Positions 14,320-28,180 of a stretch of 64,000 nucleotides of DNA are shown here, in pieces. This DNA is from Tubulanus polymorphus (Eukaryota; Animalia; Nemertea). A model generated the notes under the pieces. That model worked only from the letters and a program-made list of their open reading frames with translations. It did no database searches and was not told where the DNA came from. The stretch spans positions 14,763,653 through 14,827,652 of the forward strand of contig NC_134028.1 of NCBI RefSeq assembly GCF_964204645.1, read 5' to 3'. The translations under genes and the position numbers were made by a program. The first letter of the stretch is position 1; the number at the start of each line of letters is the position of its first letter.

Positions 14320-15659
14320 CTGAGCCTTTTGTCAAAATTTGACTTTTTTTTAAATAACTGCAATTAATATATTTTCCACATACGAAACACATAAAACTAA
14401 TTGTGAATATATACTCATAATTTTGACATTTGGCATCCCATAGCCATTTTGATACATATGGCTGAACATACTAAAAACCACCATTTTCCCCAAAAAAACC
14501 AGCTAAAAATCGAAGAATAAAAACCAGTAAAATTATTATGGAGAAATGGCAGCACTGTATGGTAATGGGGATGATGTTATGGAACGAACGCCAGAATAAA
14601 AAAGAATTTCAAATTTTGAGTAATTATTTCGATTTTCTCACTGATACCCATGAGCAATCTACAAGATTTTGACGATTTGCGAAACAATTTTTGAAAGATT
14701 TTTTGACAATTCAAAACAATACGATCGCCATTGTGCTGCAGTCATTTTGAAAAGAATAGCTAATATGCGTGCTCTGCACATCAGCCGCACACTAAGCGAC
14801 GCCTAAGAAGCGTGCATAGCACATCCATAGCACTGAAAGATATGCATATACCAGTGCTCTCGGATCAGCTTAGGACCAAATAAAATCCATGGGTAAGTCA
14901 TTCTCTGTTTACCTAAAATGTGGCCTGGTTATTAACATCAGGATGACTACCATGCCATATTACTTACATCATCGCGTAGTAGTTTATCTAACACATATTT
15001 TGTGTCATTATATTCTGTTTTTATACAACTCTGTCTTGAAGAAGAGGACGAATTAGAGACACCATCACCTCTAGTTGACCGTTCAACCAAACTACCTGAA
15101 AATATGATGAGTATACGTAGTATGAATTCTGTTATTATCTATTATACGTAGTATGAATTCTGTTATTATCTATTATTATCATTATACCAATCAAAGGGTA
15201 TGGTGATATATTGATAAGTGTACAGAACACTTGTAGGCACCCAAATTTTGTAGGCGGATGAGTATGTTAGAATCGTATGATCCCAAGACCAAACATCAAA
15301 AACGCTTTTATGACAATTTGTCTCTTTTGTTTTTGATTGACATCAAGACATTTTAAACTACAATATTTCTAGAAGAAAAAACCATCTCTCTAAAGGTGCC
15401 ATCTACAGTACTTAACGAATAAGGCGTCCATGGGCAAAGCGGTTTACTTTCATAGTGGATCTGGTTTGGCCTTTCTTATTTTTGAGTTCAAAGTTCTATT
15501 TTCTATCGTATTTTATCTTTTTCAAAGAATTATTTTGTAGCCAAATAAGGCAAAAAATATACGTTTCAAAATTTGGTAGGGTACAGGTAGGTATTAGGGA
15601 AGCTATATCATATTTTGAAAAAAAGAGGCCGCCAGTTGCTGCTCTATCTGTACGACATA

Positions 15660-16339
15660 AGCCGGCTTCTGACGTCATCCCGAATCCTACTGACTCGTCG
15701 CAAACCGTATCCAGCTAGTTGCCCATGTTCTACTCCGCCTACGGTAGGCGGACAGCTGCTTTCGATTGCAGCCAACATTAGCTAATCTGCGAGGCGACAG
15801 AACTGAGCGCAGGGGTTCCAGCCAATAAGAGACCGCATATACATAGCACAAATTATGACCGCTAGTTAGTGTCATTCGTAATTATTCACTTTGGAATTCA
15901 AGTAGTTCAAAACGTAAACCAAATCTTCAGCACAGCAGGTGACTGGACCGAAGATCTAGAAACGAAGTTGGTAGAATTATGGTGTGAGTGGCCATCTTTG
16001 TACGATTTCGCTAGCACATTGTATTCAAAACAGAATCAGAAAGATAAAAATCTTAAAGGAATAGCTGTTCTTATAGAAATATATTTCCCAATAATTCAAA
16101 CTAATTCAAATTTATTCTCAAAATGCTTATTACGTGACCATCTGAGCCATTGCAGTTGCCAGTAATTTCAATCAACAAAAGCAGGGAAGCAACTGGGCGG
16201 ATCTCGTATCCCGCTAGTCGGCCTCAGTTGCTGCGAATCAGAGCGCAGTCGACCTAAGCGGGGCTGCGATCACGGTTGCTCTCAGTTGTATCTGTAGGAG
16301 TCAGTAGGCCGCAGTGTTGCTTGTCGACATAAACCAGCT
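15660..16339 (+). mobile_element. Non-autonomous PIF/Harbinger derivative with MADF/Myb remnant
   Basis: Imperfect TIRs (AGCCGGCTTCTGACG / CGACATAAACCAGCT). Internal WTEDLETKLVELWCEWPSLYD...YSKQNQKDK resembles a MADF domain. A second copy lies at about 47670-48110. Confidence 0.6.
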
Positions 16340-16827
16340 TTAAGTTATATCATCTATTGAAATGGGGGCTGAAAATGCATGAATGGGCATATTTTCTGCA
16401 ATATACCCCTCTGCACTGCTTATTGCTACATATTGCATCACTCTTAGAAAAAATGCTGCAGCAAGACGAGATGACCAAAATAAACAAATTTGATGAAAAT
16501 AACTCTTCCAGTATTTGTTTTATAAATCTCTGAACAACAGAGAAATCCTAGCAAAGCGCAGAATTTCCTTAAAAAAAAGCTGCGGCAGGCAAAGAGTTAA
16601 CAGAGTCATGAAGAGGTTTTTGAGATATGGTTAAGTCATTCCTATCACCAGTCATAACCTATTTATTGGTTTATTGGATCAAATATTAATTTTGCATTCA
16701 TTAACTTTTTTGATAACGTCGGTTCGCCGAGAATTGACGTCAAATTGGTTATCTCAGGCCGGTGTTGGCGAAAATATTTGCCGATGTCAATCAGGTGCCT
16801 TCGTCGCTGATTGGCTAGGGCTTAGTG

Positions 16828-16828
16828 C

Positions 16829-16869
<41 letters not shown>

Positions 16870-16871
16870 TA
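16828..16871. repeat. (TA)n microsatellite
   Basis: Run of TA dinucleotides. Confidence 0.9.
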
Positions 16872-17295
16872 TGAATGTATACGCGGCTACAGCATTATAG
16901 ACTTGCATACATTCGTAAGCGTCTGCAGTCATTTGAAGCAATCATGGCAAACAAACGTTTTACGAGCAAGTCAGAGATCTCATTTATGATAGCAGCAATG
17001 ATAATGATAATGTAGATAAAAGTGATAATGAAAGTGATAACAAAAGTGATAATGAAAGTGAAAACACCAGTCAGACCGAATTTGAAAGCTTTGAAGCTAG
17101 TCAAAGTGACAAGGAACCACCACCATCAGCGCTTCCTTCAGACAGCTCTGGAAGCATCACCAATGAGGAACCCCCAGAACTCAGCCACAACGCGGCGCTG
17201 CGAGCGGTTAGACCGAGCTGAACCCAGAAGTAAACCGGAAATATACGCGCTTGGCTGCAGCCGATACTCGCGTGATTTTCAGCTGTTCAGTAGGA

Positions 17296-18976
17296 ATGGA
17301 TTCAGGTTCGAAGTACAAAAATTTATCCTTAAACGAATTAAAAAGATGCTGAACAAGATGTATAAAAACCAGTGGTCGGAAGAATAAACTCATCGAACGG
17401 TAACCGCAAAAAGCTGATATGATAGGCAAACAATGAAACAAAGAATTAATAAACCTCTTCATAATGTAATTTCAGACTTGCAGCGCTTGACAGAATGAGT
17501 CTGCCCACACCTACAGAAGAAATGGAAATTGAATACGAGATGATTCTGCCTGATGCAACATCATTTGAAGACATCCATGGTGGAAGGGCATTGCCACCTT
17601 TTCAGAAATGCCGAATTGAGCAGTATTTCAATGAAAACGAGCGAAAAATGGAGAAGAAATTTGAAGATCTTTACAAACAAAGGTATAGTTTTGTGTATAC
17701 CAAGAAGTTTCAGCTAGCTGATTTTGGGCAATTTAATTTTTGTTTGGTAATACGTTTCAGCTTTATTAGGTATCTACGCTTAGCAATGGCTGGTGACCTG
17801 ACATATTTGACTGGAAATATATGGGCAGAAATGAGAAAGTCAACATCATATCTTGTTGATTTTATTTTGGATGATAACGGTGTCGTACAGGAAGCTCAGT
17901 GTGAATGCGCTGTTGGGCAAGGCCCCACAGCACATTGCGAACATGTTGGGTGTACTATGTTTGGTGCACATATTTTCAGTACAACTGGCGCATTACTTAC
18001 AGTACAAACATGTACTCAGGTAAGAGTAATTCATTAACATATCATAGGCCTATATGAAGATACTCCATCGTAAATACATACTCCCTTCAAGCGTGTGTCA
18101 TGCCCGAGTCTATATTAAGGCTTAACTGTATGATTGTTTCAAACATTTATTTCAGGTTCTACTACAGTTTCACAAAACCAAACCATATAAAGGTTCTCCT
18201 ATGAAATCAACTGACTTGTTGAAGATGAGACAACAAACACTTGTGTACGACCCTCGACCAGAGTTCAGAAGAAATAACCCTGGATATCAATCACACTTTA
18301 GAAATACTATGCTCAATTACCAGGTACAGGACATATCACTATATTCTCAGATGATTGGACTCCTCTTTTCACATCAAATCTACTGCTTGTCTCAAAATAT
18401 AGATACAACCTTTTTAATTTTAGGCCCAAAAAAACAATGATGAAGTGATGCCGGTTTTACAACTGTTCAAACCTGCAAACCCTTATGCAATAAATGTTGA
18501 TTATGGCAGATCATCTGAAGAAGCCTTTCTCATCAGGTCCAAGGTAATTGTCAAGGAAATAAACAGATCCAATTTAATTGATTTAATTTAATCTATTACG
18601 GATATTGTGATTGTTATATTGCGAAGGTACATTGTTCATGCTTCTCAGTATATTTAGCATTGAATAACTGCACTGCAATTTTATAACAGTTACATACAAT
18701 ATATGAGAGTGAAAGGATCGAAATGGAAGAGAAAACTCGTGGACAAGCATCTTGCCGAGATTGGAGGGAAACAAGGGCATGTCGTTAAAAATAGGTTACT
18801 TTTGTGTATTTACTCTGAAGGACTTTGTGGTTATTGAGAGATTGAGAAAGACCAAGTGTTTATTGACCAGATGATATCGAGCTTGAATCAATTTCATGAG
18901 TTTCATTTCTATCCTGCGCTACTGGAAAAATATGTATTCTTCGATTATTCAAAATACTTCTCACAGTCTCAGTAAA
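17296..18976 (+). pseudogene. ISL2EU accessory gene (SAP-like N-terminus, SWIM zinc finger; YqaJ nuclease part largely deleted)
   Basis: LNELK...IKTSGRKNKLIER (SAP-like); AEMRKS...AQCECAVGQGPTAHCEHV (SWIM); TCTQ-L-FHKTK. Spliced, with frameshifts. Confidence 0.7.
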
Positions 18977-19271
18977 TTGATGGAAATAATACTGTATACA
19001 AATTGATTTTAATGATTTTCCATAATTTTTTGAGTCAGTTTTCTGCTAATTTTACACCCGATTTTACAACTCCTTTGATTTAGAATTCGCAACTACTAGT
19101 TCAAATGGTCTGGGTTAATCCACTGCAAAGATGAGTTTGATGATGTAAGACCAGGAATAAGATTTAACAAATTCATGTTTATTACAAATGTTTTATGTTT
19201 ATTAAAAATCTTTCATAAAAAACACATTCTTCAATGTCTTGAACATGGCGCATTTGATCTACCCTGAAATT

Positions 19272-20851
19272 TTAGGCATCGCGAGGAACGATGCACTACC
19301 TAAAATTACACAACGTAAAAACCACTCTTATTATCTGAGTAGCAAGTGATGACTCTATGTGATTCATTGGCTCTGTAAGAATTTTATAGGTTTTCCCAAG
19401 TCCAATCAATCGTTCAATATGGACACACTTACTTGCAATTTTTCTGTCCTTTGCAACAGTTGTGACAGACATACGGTCCTTCTTTTTGAAAAAAGTGGGG
19501 ATGTTTATTGAAACCTTGAACGGAATGAAAACATCATCTACACTGAAACCCTTGTCTACCATTATTTCATCACCACGATCACATTTTTCAGCTAAGTAAG
19601 ACCTTTCCATAACTTGTCGGTCACTTGTGGATCCACCAAAAGCTGTCGATACAAATGATACTAATCCACCAAGTGTCCCCCCAACTACTGTTTTGACAGT
19701 GTTACGATTTTTGTATGTAGAGAAAGTGGCTTGTTGGGCAACTGCTTGATTTGGTTTCTAAATCGGACATTCAGCTCCATCAAGTATTACTCTTGTTTTT
19801 GGAAATTTCTTTTTGAAATCCGATGGGCAGAAAAACCCAACAAGTTCTCTACAAGGCCACCATTCAATTTCTTCCCACTGACATGCCATAAAATTTACCC
19901 AAGTGGCAAATATGTTTGTCACTTGTTTTTCATTAATGCCAAACCAGTAGCTTAGTTCACGATGGGGGTTATGTCTCCTCAGTTTTATTAACGTTAAAAA
20001 TAGCTGATCCTCAACAGGCAAAGATGAGGGCCTTCCATAATAATAAGTCAATTCAAATGCAGCAGGACCAAGTGACTGCAATACCATGAAGAATTTATTG
20101 TGTGTCTCCAGTCCAGTATAATAATGCAGCATTTCCTGGGATATACCTCACACAGAATATAATTTGATTGATGTTTGGCATCCAATGTCTACAAGCCGAG
20201 AAGAATCGCATTCATTTTCAGCAGGCACTGAAAATTAAAATATGATTCTCATATTCAGAAATTTACTGGTTACATAAAATTTAGATATAGAGGTTTTCAT
20301 GACGTTGTTGGATAGAATGACAATATACCTTCAGTTAAATTATCTGCGGTGATCTCGACTTCCATAGCAACATTCCTGTGAGCCTCAAGATCACTTCTCT
20401 CACTTTTTTCCTTGATAGTTTTCCATTTCAAAGCACAGTTTTCCCTTTCACAACTAATTTTCCGGATTCTTTTTTCCAGCATTCAAACACATGGGGCACA
20501 GCAGATTCAAGTAAATCTCTCTTGGATGGAGTTAAACCTGTCATAAAAAAACAAATGTCAAATCCTTAATTGCAGAAAACCAATGAGATCGAATAATTAC
20601 ATGACGATATTTCATTGATAATGCTTCATAGTCAAAGAATTTTTACCGTAATAGTTCTTTGATGGGTAATCACGTTGATCGAAGTGATCCCGACAGACAC
20701 AAGCGTTTTTAGTAGGCTGCCACAATTTTTCACGTATTTTTGGATCTTCCCGCTTAATCGCAACGGTCCACTGCTTTAAACGAGCCTTGTTACCGAAAGG
20801 AAACTTGTGTCCACCTTGATTAGTGCACCCTGGCACAGAACACTGCGGCAT
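19272..20851 (-). pseudogene. THAP + HTH + DDE_Tnp_4 (Harbinger-like) transposase
   Basis: THAP: MPQCSVPGC...HKFP...W...VCRDHF...AVP. HYYTGL, QLFLTLIKLRR, RVILDGAECPI, GGSTSDRQ, MVDKGF, IASKCVHIERLIG. Frameshift near 19750 and a late stop. Confidence 0.9.
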
Positions 20852-22329
20852 TATACCGAATATAACAAATAAAAGCGCCTTTTGTCTGCCGATCCTTTGT
20901 CGTTTACAATGAATGAGGCCCACTTCCAGATTAGTCGGCGGTTCTACCGCTCGTAGCGCCGCCCTGGTGGGGAAAATTTTCTGCGGGTTCCTCATACAGC
21001 CGTACCTGCACCAGCTATCACTGCTCCAGCTAGGGGTCGAGGGCGTAGTCATTCAATTTTGGGGAATTTGACCCTATAACATATCAAAACACAACCCCAA
21101 ACAATGGATTTTTCTCCTCAATGTCTTTTTGAATATATATCTCTAACTTTTTTTAGAAGTATTACATAGTAAATATGTACTGCAAAATTTTACTGTTTTG
21201 AGGGTTCTACTCGACTTTCCCATAGACCCCAAGACCCTAAATTGAAATTTTGAAAATAACATTCTGGTAGCTGAGGTCATAAGCTCCAAGAAAATTATAA
21301 CTTTTATTATGCTATTTCCATTAGAACGACTGCGATAAGGCTTTGAAAAAAATATTACAAAACAAAAATTTCATAACTAATTCATAACAGCTGAATACCA
21401 TTAATCAATAACATATTCAACACGGAAAGAGTTAATAAGAGTCAAAGTGAGACTTTTGATCAGCTGTGTTGACTCATACCCAACACGGGTAGTGTGACGT
21501 TTTCACAAACCATAAGTCAAAATCTGACAACCTCAAGATGTATGCGTAGCTCTATCCAGAATTTTGGCGATGCTGCTTTTTCCTATTTGACAGGCATTTT
21601 CTCCAAGGTAAAAGTCCTATCTTCCCAACTCTTTGAGTTTATGCGAAATAAAATTCATCATTCGTTCTCTTAAGATGTTATTGTGTTATTGTTTTTGTTT
21701 ATTCCAATGCAACGTTCTATTTTTATAATAGTTTGCGCGCTGACGATGTAGAAATAGAAGTACTCAGGCCTACCTTCCTCCCTTACAAAGCCAGCCACAA
21801 TATTATCACCCAAGGTCAGGGAAGAAAGACATAAATTTTTTCCACCAACACAACGAATGCGCATGAAGCATATAGGGGAGCAAAGATGATTACTACATAA
21901 AATAAATTTCCCACAGGCAACAATAGCATGTTTGCCAAGGGGAGAACATTGCCCATGAGAAATCTTTTTCCATTATAGAGTCTAGTCAAATTGCCCATGA
22001 GAAATCTTTTTCCATTATAGTCTAGTCAAATAAGTAGTCAAATAAGGTCAAATACCTTTCTTTGTTAACGGTTTTGTCCAAAATTTGGTAGGGTGAGTAT
22101 GCAGGGAAAGTCTATTTTCATAAAATATTTTTTACAATATCAAAAATATCATTTCAAAATAAAATCGATATGCTATCACTTATCAGAGGGTGTCTGAATA
22201 TTGATAGTCTTGGCAACATCTTCCAATGTAGCTGTGGAAGCTAACGAACCGTAAAACTGGGAGTCCAGGGACACTAATGCCAACTTGGAATGTGGATTCA
22301 AATGCTCAACAATCTAATAATTCAATATT

Positions 22330-22662
22330 CAACACCCCCTGTTACTATATACTGAAATCAATGACCTTGAAACTTACCACAATCATAGAAATACAAAGTT
22401 ATTGTACTGTTCAATGCCCCCTGGTGATCATATTCCTAGAAACTCATCACGATCAAGGAACATCACATGAGCTACGATTTTGCAATTCATTGTTGAAAAA
22501 GAATGGTAGGTAACAATATAATATGGAAATAGAAAGTTATCCAACTATTCAATGCCCCTGGTGACTACCTACAAAAACAATGACCTTGAAACTCACCACC
22601 ATCATAAGACATGTCATGAGCTACAACTTTGCAATTGATTATGGTTACAAAGTATACATAGG
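22330..22662. repeat. Dispersed TGACCTTGAAACTCACC repeat family (tandem diverged units)
   Basis: Related units recur at about 30040-30300, and inverted at about 47450-47600 and 48900-49030. TGACCTT(T)GACC-rich units also occur at 25020-25440. Confidence 0.6.
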
Positions 22663-24800
22663 CAGTGACGCCAACCTTATCATTTTCAAATTCAGGACGC
22701 CTTTAACTTTTTTCATATTTCCAGTGGTTCAAGGAGCAACATTAAAGTAACACTTTTACGAGATCATGTGGAATTAAGCAGTAAGCAAAAAGTAAAATTT
22801 TAAGTAGAAAACCTTTTTTATTCCGAAATAACAATCAGTTTTGATGGAATTTTTCAATGAAAATGAAATGTTTATTGCATCTATAGCTGGTTAACCCTTT
22901 TAAATACTGTTTATATCATTAAAGAAAATAAAGATGAGTGTTGTTTTAGTCCTTCCAGAAGCATAGTTAACCGCATTTTAGCAACCAGGGAACATCTCAC
23001 AAAATAGAGGGCCAGCATGTTCAGCAGTAGCAATGGGTAATTATGTTTTACAAGAAACATGGTAAATAGGAATCCGCTTTGGTCGTACCATCAACACTCT
23101 GAGGTTTTTTGAAAAATGTAGAAATGTGTTTATTCTTCAGTGTTTTCATTTATCATTTTAGCCGTCAGGTCACTTAGTAAAACAGCAGGGTCTCGACCAA
23201 CTTTGACTGAAGGCCAAAACGGGTTTATAGTTGTAAGGCTATAGAAAAAATAAAGTATGAGCACTGTAAGCACTTAAACGCACTTATATCACACTTAAGT
23301 AAGCACAAGAAAATCAGGCGAGAAAAGTGAATTTCACCACCATTGACTGCTTATCTTATGTAAAATTCACTGCCAACTGCAGCAACTTTTTAAGAAATTT
23401 GCAATTTTTCAAGCCTTTAAATTGGTTGGAGTAGGCCTACTGATTTTACCAGCATAAATGAAAGGTTGAAGCAGAAAATAAAATTTACAATCTTATATTA
23501 AATTGATTTCTAAGATCACGGATCTATCAAAATGGAAGGGATCATAGCTTCCTTCTTTGAGTATTTTCCAAGTAAAACCTTTGATGGACTGCAGAAAAAT
23601 AAAGAATGAAAACTGGACTGGATTGAATTCCAATGAGAAGAAATCTGACTTTTTTCAAATAATCATATAATAGATCATAACTTATGTCAAGATGGAAATA
23701 TTAGGGAAAAATTTGTTTTAATGTTAGATATGATGGACTGGATTGAATTCCAATGAGAAGAAATCTGACTTTTTTCAAATAATCATATAATAGATCATAA
23801 CTTATGTCAAGATGGAAATATTAGGGAAAAGTTTGTTTTAAAGTTAGATATGATGAATTTAAAGGGGATCCGTGCTCCAAGTTATTAGAAAAGCCTAACA
23901 AGTGTCCCCTTGAACCAAGAAATTTGTATGAAAATAAGTCAATGGACACGATCTCCGCGATATCACACACAACTGCATGATGATTTATCAAGGTTATTTG
24001 TGGTTGTGGGTTTTCCCTGATAATTCAAATAGACATTCTGTATAGCAGTGAAAAGAAATCAATACAATTTATATATCTCGCATTAAACATCGTCACACTG
24101 TTGCCAAGATTTCTATTATTACAAAAACAATCTAAAGATTTGCAACATTTCTAAACTTGAAGGCCCTAAATCGATTTTGAAGACCATTGCTGAATTCAAT
24201 GCCTCGAATTTCCCTTTTACTAATTCAAAGCCGCAAGGTTTTTCCTTGGAAAAATTTAACTAGGCCACGCACTTTTTTATCATAGCTAGCATGAGTGAGC
24301 AGTCAAACCACGCAGCGGTAGTTGTGAGTGATGCGTGTGTGAAGCATATATTCACAAATACTTCTGACTAGAAAATATACAGTCGTGCTGAGAGCCGACA
24401 AAATCCATTCGGGAACGAGGTTGGGTTGAAAAAATCAGCTGGGTCTAAGAGGACTGACAGACCGGTCCGTGACCCGACACCCGGCTATTAATGAAAACAC
24501 TGTTCTTACTTGTATCGATGTGTTTGGTAGAAGAATAGTGTTTCTTCAAATGCAAATCCCTCCCTGGCGGACACACAACTCACAGCGGCAAACAGTGCAG
24601 AAGGCGAAGTTGATTCCTTTTTTGCTGCAACTAACACAAGGGAAGGCTGATGAATATGAGAGTTTAACCTGTTGCATTTGTTTCTTTTTACTTGGTGGTC
24701 CTGAGTCATCTTTGGCATCTTCAGGCAAGTCACTTACAACTGTGGTGGCCTCCATTTTGTAACGTTCTCATTTACTCACTTGCCATAGTCATGGCAGCAT
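22663..24800 (-). mobile_element. Deleted hAT-like DNA transposon with N-terminal BED-like zinc finger remnant
   Basis: CAGTGACGCCAACC terminus interrupts the flanking repeat. Minus ORF 24546-24755 reads PPSKKK...FAFCTVCRCELCVRQGG, followed by TKH. The second TIR was not found. Confidence 0.5.
23614..23855. repeat. Direct tandem duplication, 2 x 120 bp
   Basis: TGGACTGGATTGAATTCC... at 23614 and 23734, nearly identical. Confidence 0.9.
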
Positions 24801-26035
24801 ATAATGCCAGCGGTGGCACTGCCTCGCGGAGTAAGTTGACACTTTTGTTCGTGGATCGGCTCGCAATATTTTTTAACATAGATTTTTGTGAGAGAGATAT
24901 GAGCAAGAAAAGGCTAGAATGACTAAAGACCACTGATGCCCCCACATCAGATGAAACGTCTGAGTGTAAAATACACCCCGAGTGTGTGTTGACCAATTCA
25001 TGAAGGCAGGTAATGAAAAATACAAAATGGACTCGAAATCTAATCAGTCACATACAATATCTTGGGTAACCCATCCATAAAATTTCACAAAATTATCTTA
25101 GGAGCCAAGAACTAAAAAATACAAAACAGCTCCTGGTGACCATGACCTTTCACCTACAGGACCCGAAATGTTATTAGTTACTGATGGTCTCTTGATAACT
25201 CATCCAAAAAATCTCACAAAATTATTACAAATTGAGATAGAGCCCAGCAATTAAAAATACATAACAGCTACTAGTAACCTTGACCTTTGACCAACAAGTC
25301 CTGAAATCTAATTAGTTACCCATGGAATCTAGGATAACCCATCCATAGAATTTCATCAAGTTATCTTTAACTGTTAATGAGTTAGAGGAAATGAAATTCA
25401 CAAAATGGCTTCCTGCGACCTTGACCTTAGACCTACAGGACAGCGCTAGCGAGTAGCATTTTACATAAGGCATGTGCTCTATCACTGTACGATAATATGT
25501 GTGGGCATGTGAAACAGCCTATCGATTAGCACACCCATGCATGAAGGCAAAGGCATATCATGAAAAATTATCCCGTAGATGATAATAAATCAGTTAGGCC
25601 CAAACAGGCCTCAAATACCGTAAAGAGGCCCCTCTATCATCCCCTGATGAACAGCCAAAAATCTCGCCAAATGCTGTAATCGATCCAAAAACTATCACTG
25701 ATAAACCGCCAAAAAATACCTCAGTTAACATATCGGATGCGTCAACTATTCTAGAAACTCTTTTGATTATGCAAAAGACTATGGTTACAAATGAAAGCTA
25801 TGAAAAATTTAAACTCTAACTATGTCATGGATGTCATGGATAGAAAACTTGACGCGCACTATCAACTAGTGGAAAAAACACTAGAATAATACGAATGTCA
25901 TCTGTATGCCTGAGAACGCAGAAATCAAAATGAAGATTTAAAAAAAGAAATTGAAAATCTCAAATTGAAAGATGCCAACTCCACTATTGCTAACAAAGGT
26001 AAACCATAAATATTGCCAAGATCGTAAACACTTAC

Positions 26036-26202
26036 TAGCTTTAGGTCTTCGTCCATCAGCTGGACCTTGCTCGAATATTGAATGAGATTGGATAACTTCT
26101 CCACGTCCTCGTCCCCGACCTCTGCCACCTCGTTCTCTGGTCCCATCTCTTGGACGTCCACCACTAGTAGATTGTGTTTTTTGTTTATCTTCTTGTTTGG
26201 TA
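26036..26202 (-). CDS. POLR3D: RNA polymerase III subunit RPC4, second coding exon
   Basis: TTTCAG acceptor and GTAAGT donor; phase 2 matches the upstream exon. Encodes RGRGRGRGEVIQSHSIFEQGPA, the conserved RPC4 motif. Confidence 0.9.
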
Positions 26203-26409
26203 CTGAAAGAGAAGTTAGGAAACATATTGATATTATCAATATCATTAGGGTATTCTGACATAGAAAACAATTTTGTATTCGCCGTGATTATCATTTATTT
26301 ATTCTTGTTTAGAAGAAAAAAATGTATCCCTTCTCACAATCGACTACTAATCAGTAATAAACATGGTGAGCATTATAGCATTCTGAAAGCATAGGTTAGG
26401 TTTCTTTAA

Positions 26410-26686
26410 CCCTTTCAGTGCGTCTACACCGCAGTGCGGTGTATGAATTGGTGATGGATTTTGCTTGTACACCGCACTGCGCGATTAGTAATTAGTTATT
26501 ATCTCTATTGAACGATGGTAGCATCTGTCAAACATAGTGAAATATTAGTAACTAACGATACACCGCTCTGCGGTGTAGACGCATTATAGTGGTACGCCCG
26601 TTATTCAACACACTAGGGTGGAATTTTTCAAAATTTTCAAATTATCTCCAGCACTATAGGTTATTGATTAGTCAGCACTGAAAGGG
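26410..26686. mobile_element. piggyBac-type MITE in the POLR3D intron
   Basis: TTAA|CCCTTTCAGTGC ... GCACTGAAAGGG|TTAA, with internal palindromes TACACCGCAGTGCGGTGTA. Confidence 0.85.
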
Positions 26687-26811
26687 TTAAAGTGCATTAC
26701 CAATAAATCTCGATATCATCATTTGCATGCATTAAAAAATAATTTCAATTGGTTAACAAGTTGACATCATAAACATTGGTATAGGCTTATTCTTCCAACC
26801 CTATCAATATA

Positions 26812-26878
26812 CATACGTACGTGCGTGCGTGCGTGCGTACGTACGTACGTACGTACATACATACATACATACATACAT
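26812..26878. repeat. Compound tetranucleotide microsatellite (TGCG/TACG/TACA)
   Basis: Directly visible tandem tetramers, adjacent to a small GCGTTCACACTAG...CTAGTGTGAACGC inverted-repeat element (26879-27012). Confidence 0.85.
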
Positions 26879-27650
26879 GCGTTCACACTAGGAAATTATT
26901 CAAATCGCGACTCGTAGTGTGAACGTAAATGGCTTTATAAGCGCCATATTTTGGTGAATTCGGCACCAGCGAAGTACGATACTACGTAAGCACCGAATCT
27001 AGTGTGAACGCGGCTTATTACACTAAAGTCATTAATTTCGTCACTGTATCATTGTATCACTGTATCATTTGCATCGATTTAATTGGTAGATTCAATGCCA
27101 AGGAACCCATTGATAATGCAGGAATGGACCAAAATGTTTGAGCAGATTAAGTTAAAATATGGATAATTTCATACGGATTAACTGAACAATTTATCAAGGA
27201 TTTGAACAGGAAAAAAACGGGAAAAACATAGATAAAGATGAGTTGACTGTATAAACCAAATATTAACCCCTCATTCATACATACTTTAACGAAGACCCCC
27301 CTTATAAAACTGAATTTGTCAGGATCTAAGGTTTAACGAAAATTCACCAGCATTGATCAGAGCTCCGACGACCATGTACAGTGATCATCGAAGTGAAAGA
27401 CCAAGGGTGAGGAATTTCCAGGAAATCATAACAGATATAGCACCTATTTGTCAAAATCAAATTGTTTTGTCCACAAAGTATGTACTGTAAACATAAACCC
27501 TTAGAAAAGTATGTACGCTTTGAGTTTACCCCTCCGCTTAGCTCCCACTGTACATTTTGTATGGATTTTCAAATCCACCCTCCCCAGCAGGCGAACGGGC
27601 TTCATATATGGCCCCAAATGCATATGCTCTAAGAAAATGATCATACTCAC

Positions 27651-27868
27651 TCTAATTTTCTTTCTCGTCTCACTGGAATGTTTGGTATGAATGTTTTCTT
27701 TGGCACACCACCAAGAGTCAGATCTCGTGATCCACGTAAGGAAGGTAGTCTTGCAGATTTTCCACTTGGCGTTCCAGACCGTCCCAACAATCCTCGTGGT
27801 AAAGTTGAAGTACTTCCAGCAGCGGGCAAGATTTCAGGCATTGGCTCTTGTTTGCTTTTGTCAGACAT
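27651..27868 (-). CDS. POLR3D: RNA polymerase III subunit RPC4, first coding exon
   Basis: MSDK...RGLLGR...RLPSLRGSRDLTLGGVPKKTFIPNI matches the RPC4 N-terminus. GTGAGT donor at 27650. An acceptor just upstream of the ATG (27883-82) implies a non-coding first exon. Confidence 0.92.
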
Positions 27869-28180
27869 AGTTTTAGTAAAGCTGTAAAGATTGTTAAAAT
27901 CACGGAATAATAACTAATGGGTGACATGGCCGAAAGACCTCTGAACACACTGCAGCAATAGGCCATAGTCAGTTTTACAGCAAGAAATCATCATAGATGC
28001 AATACAATATGATACAATCCTATATATCTATTTCCAATATTTGATTACAAGCAAGTGGAAGAACAGCTTAATTAAGTAGCTGTTTCGAATGTGAAATCAC
28101 ATATTGGTTTCTGAAATCATAAGGATGACATAAATTCCAAAAAAGAGAATTTGGATTGCGCCAAAAGCAACTAGGGAAAT

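Larger units (their letters stand above)
8557..16596. mobile_element. Degenerate piggyBac-like non-autonomous element hosting the LTR element and a Harbinger derivative
   Basis: TTAA|CACTTTAGCTACTG at the left and GCGGCAGGCAAAGAG|TTAA at the right. The TIR match is imperfect and no transposase ORF was recognised. Confidence 0.4.
17194..20960. mobile_element. ISL2EU-type (PIF/Harbinger superfamily) DNA transposon, decayed
   Basis: TIRs GGCGCTGCGAGCGGT / ACCGCTCGTAGCGCC with 2-bp flanking duplication GC. Two convergent intron-containing genes: THAP-HTH-DDE and SAP-SWIM. Confidence 0.85.
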
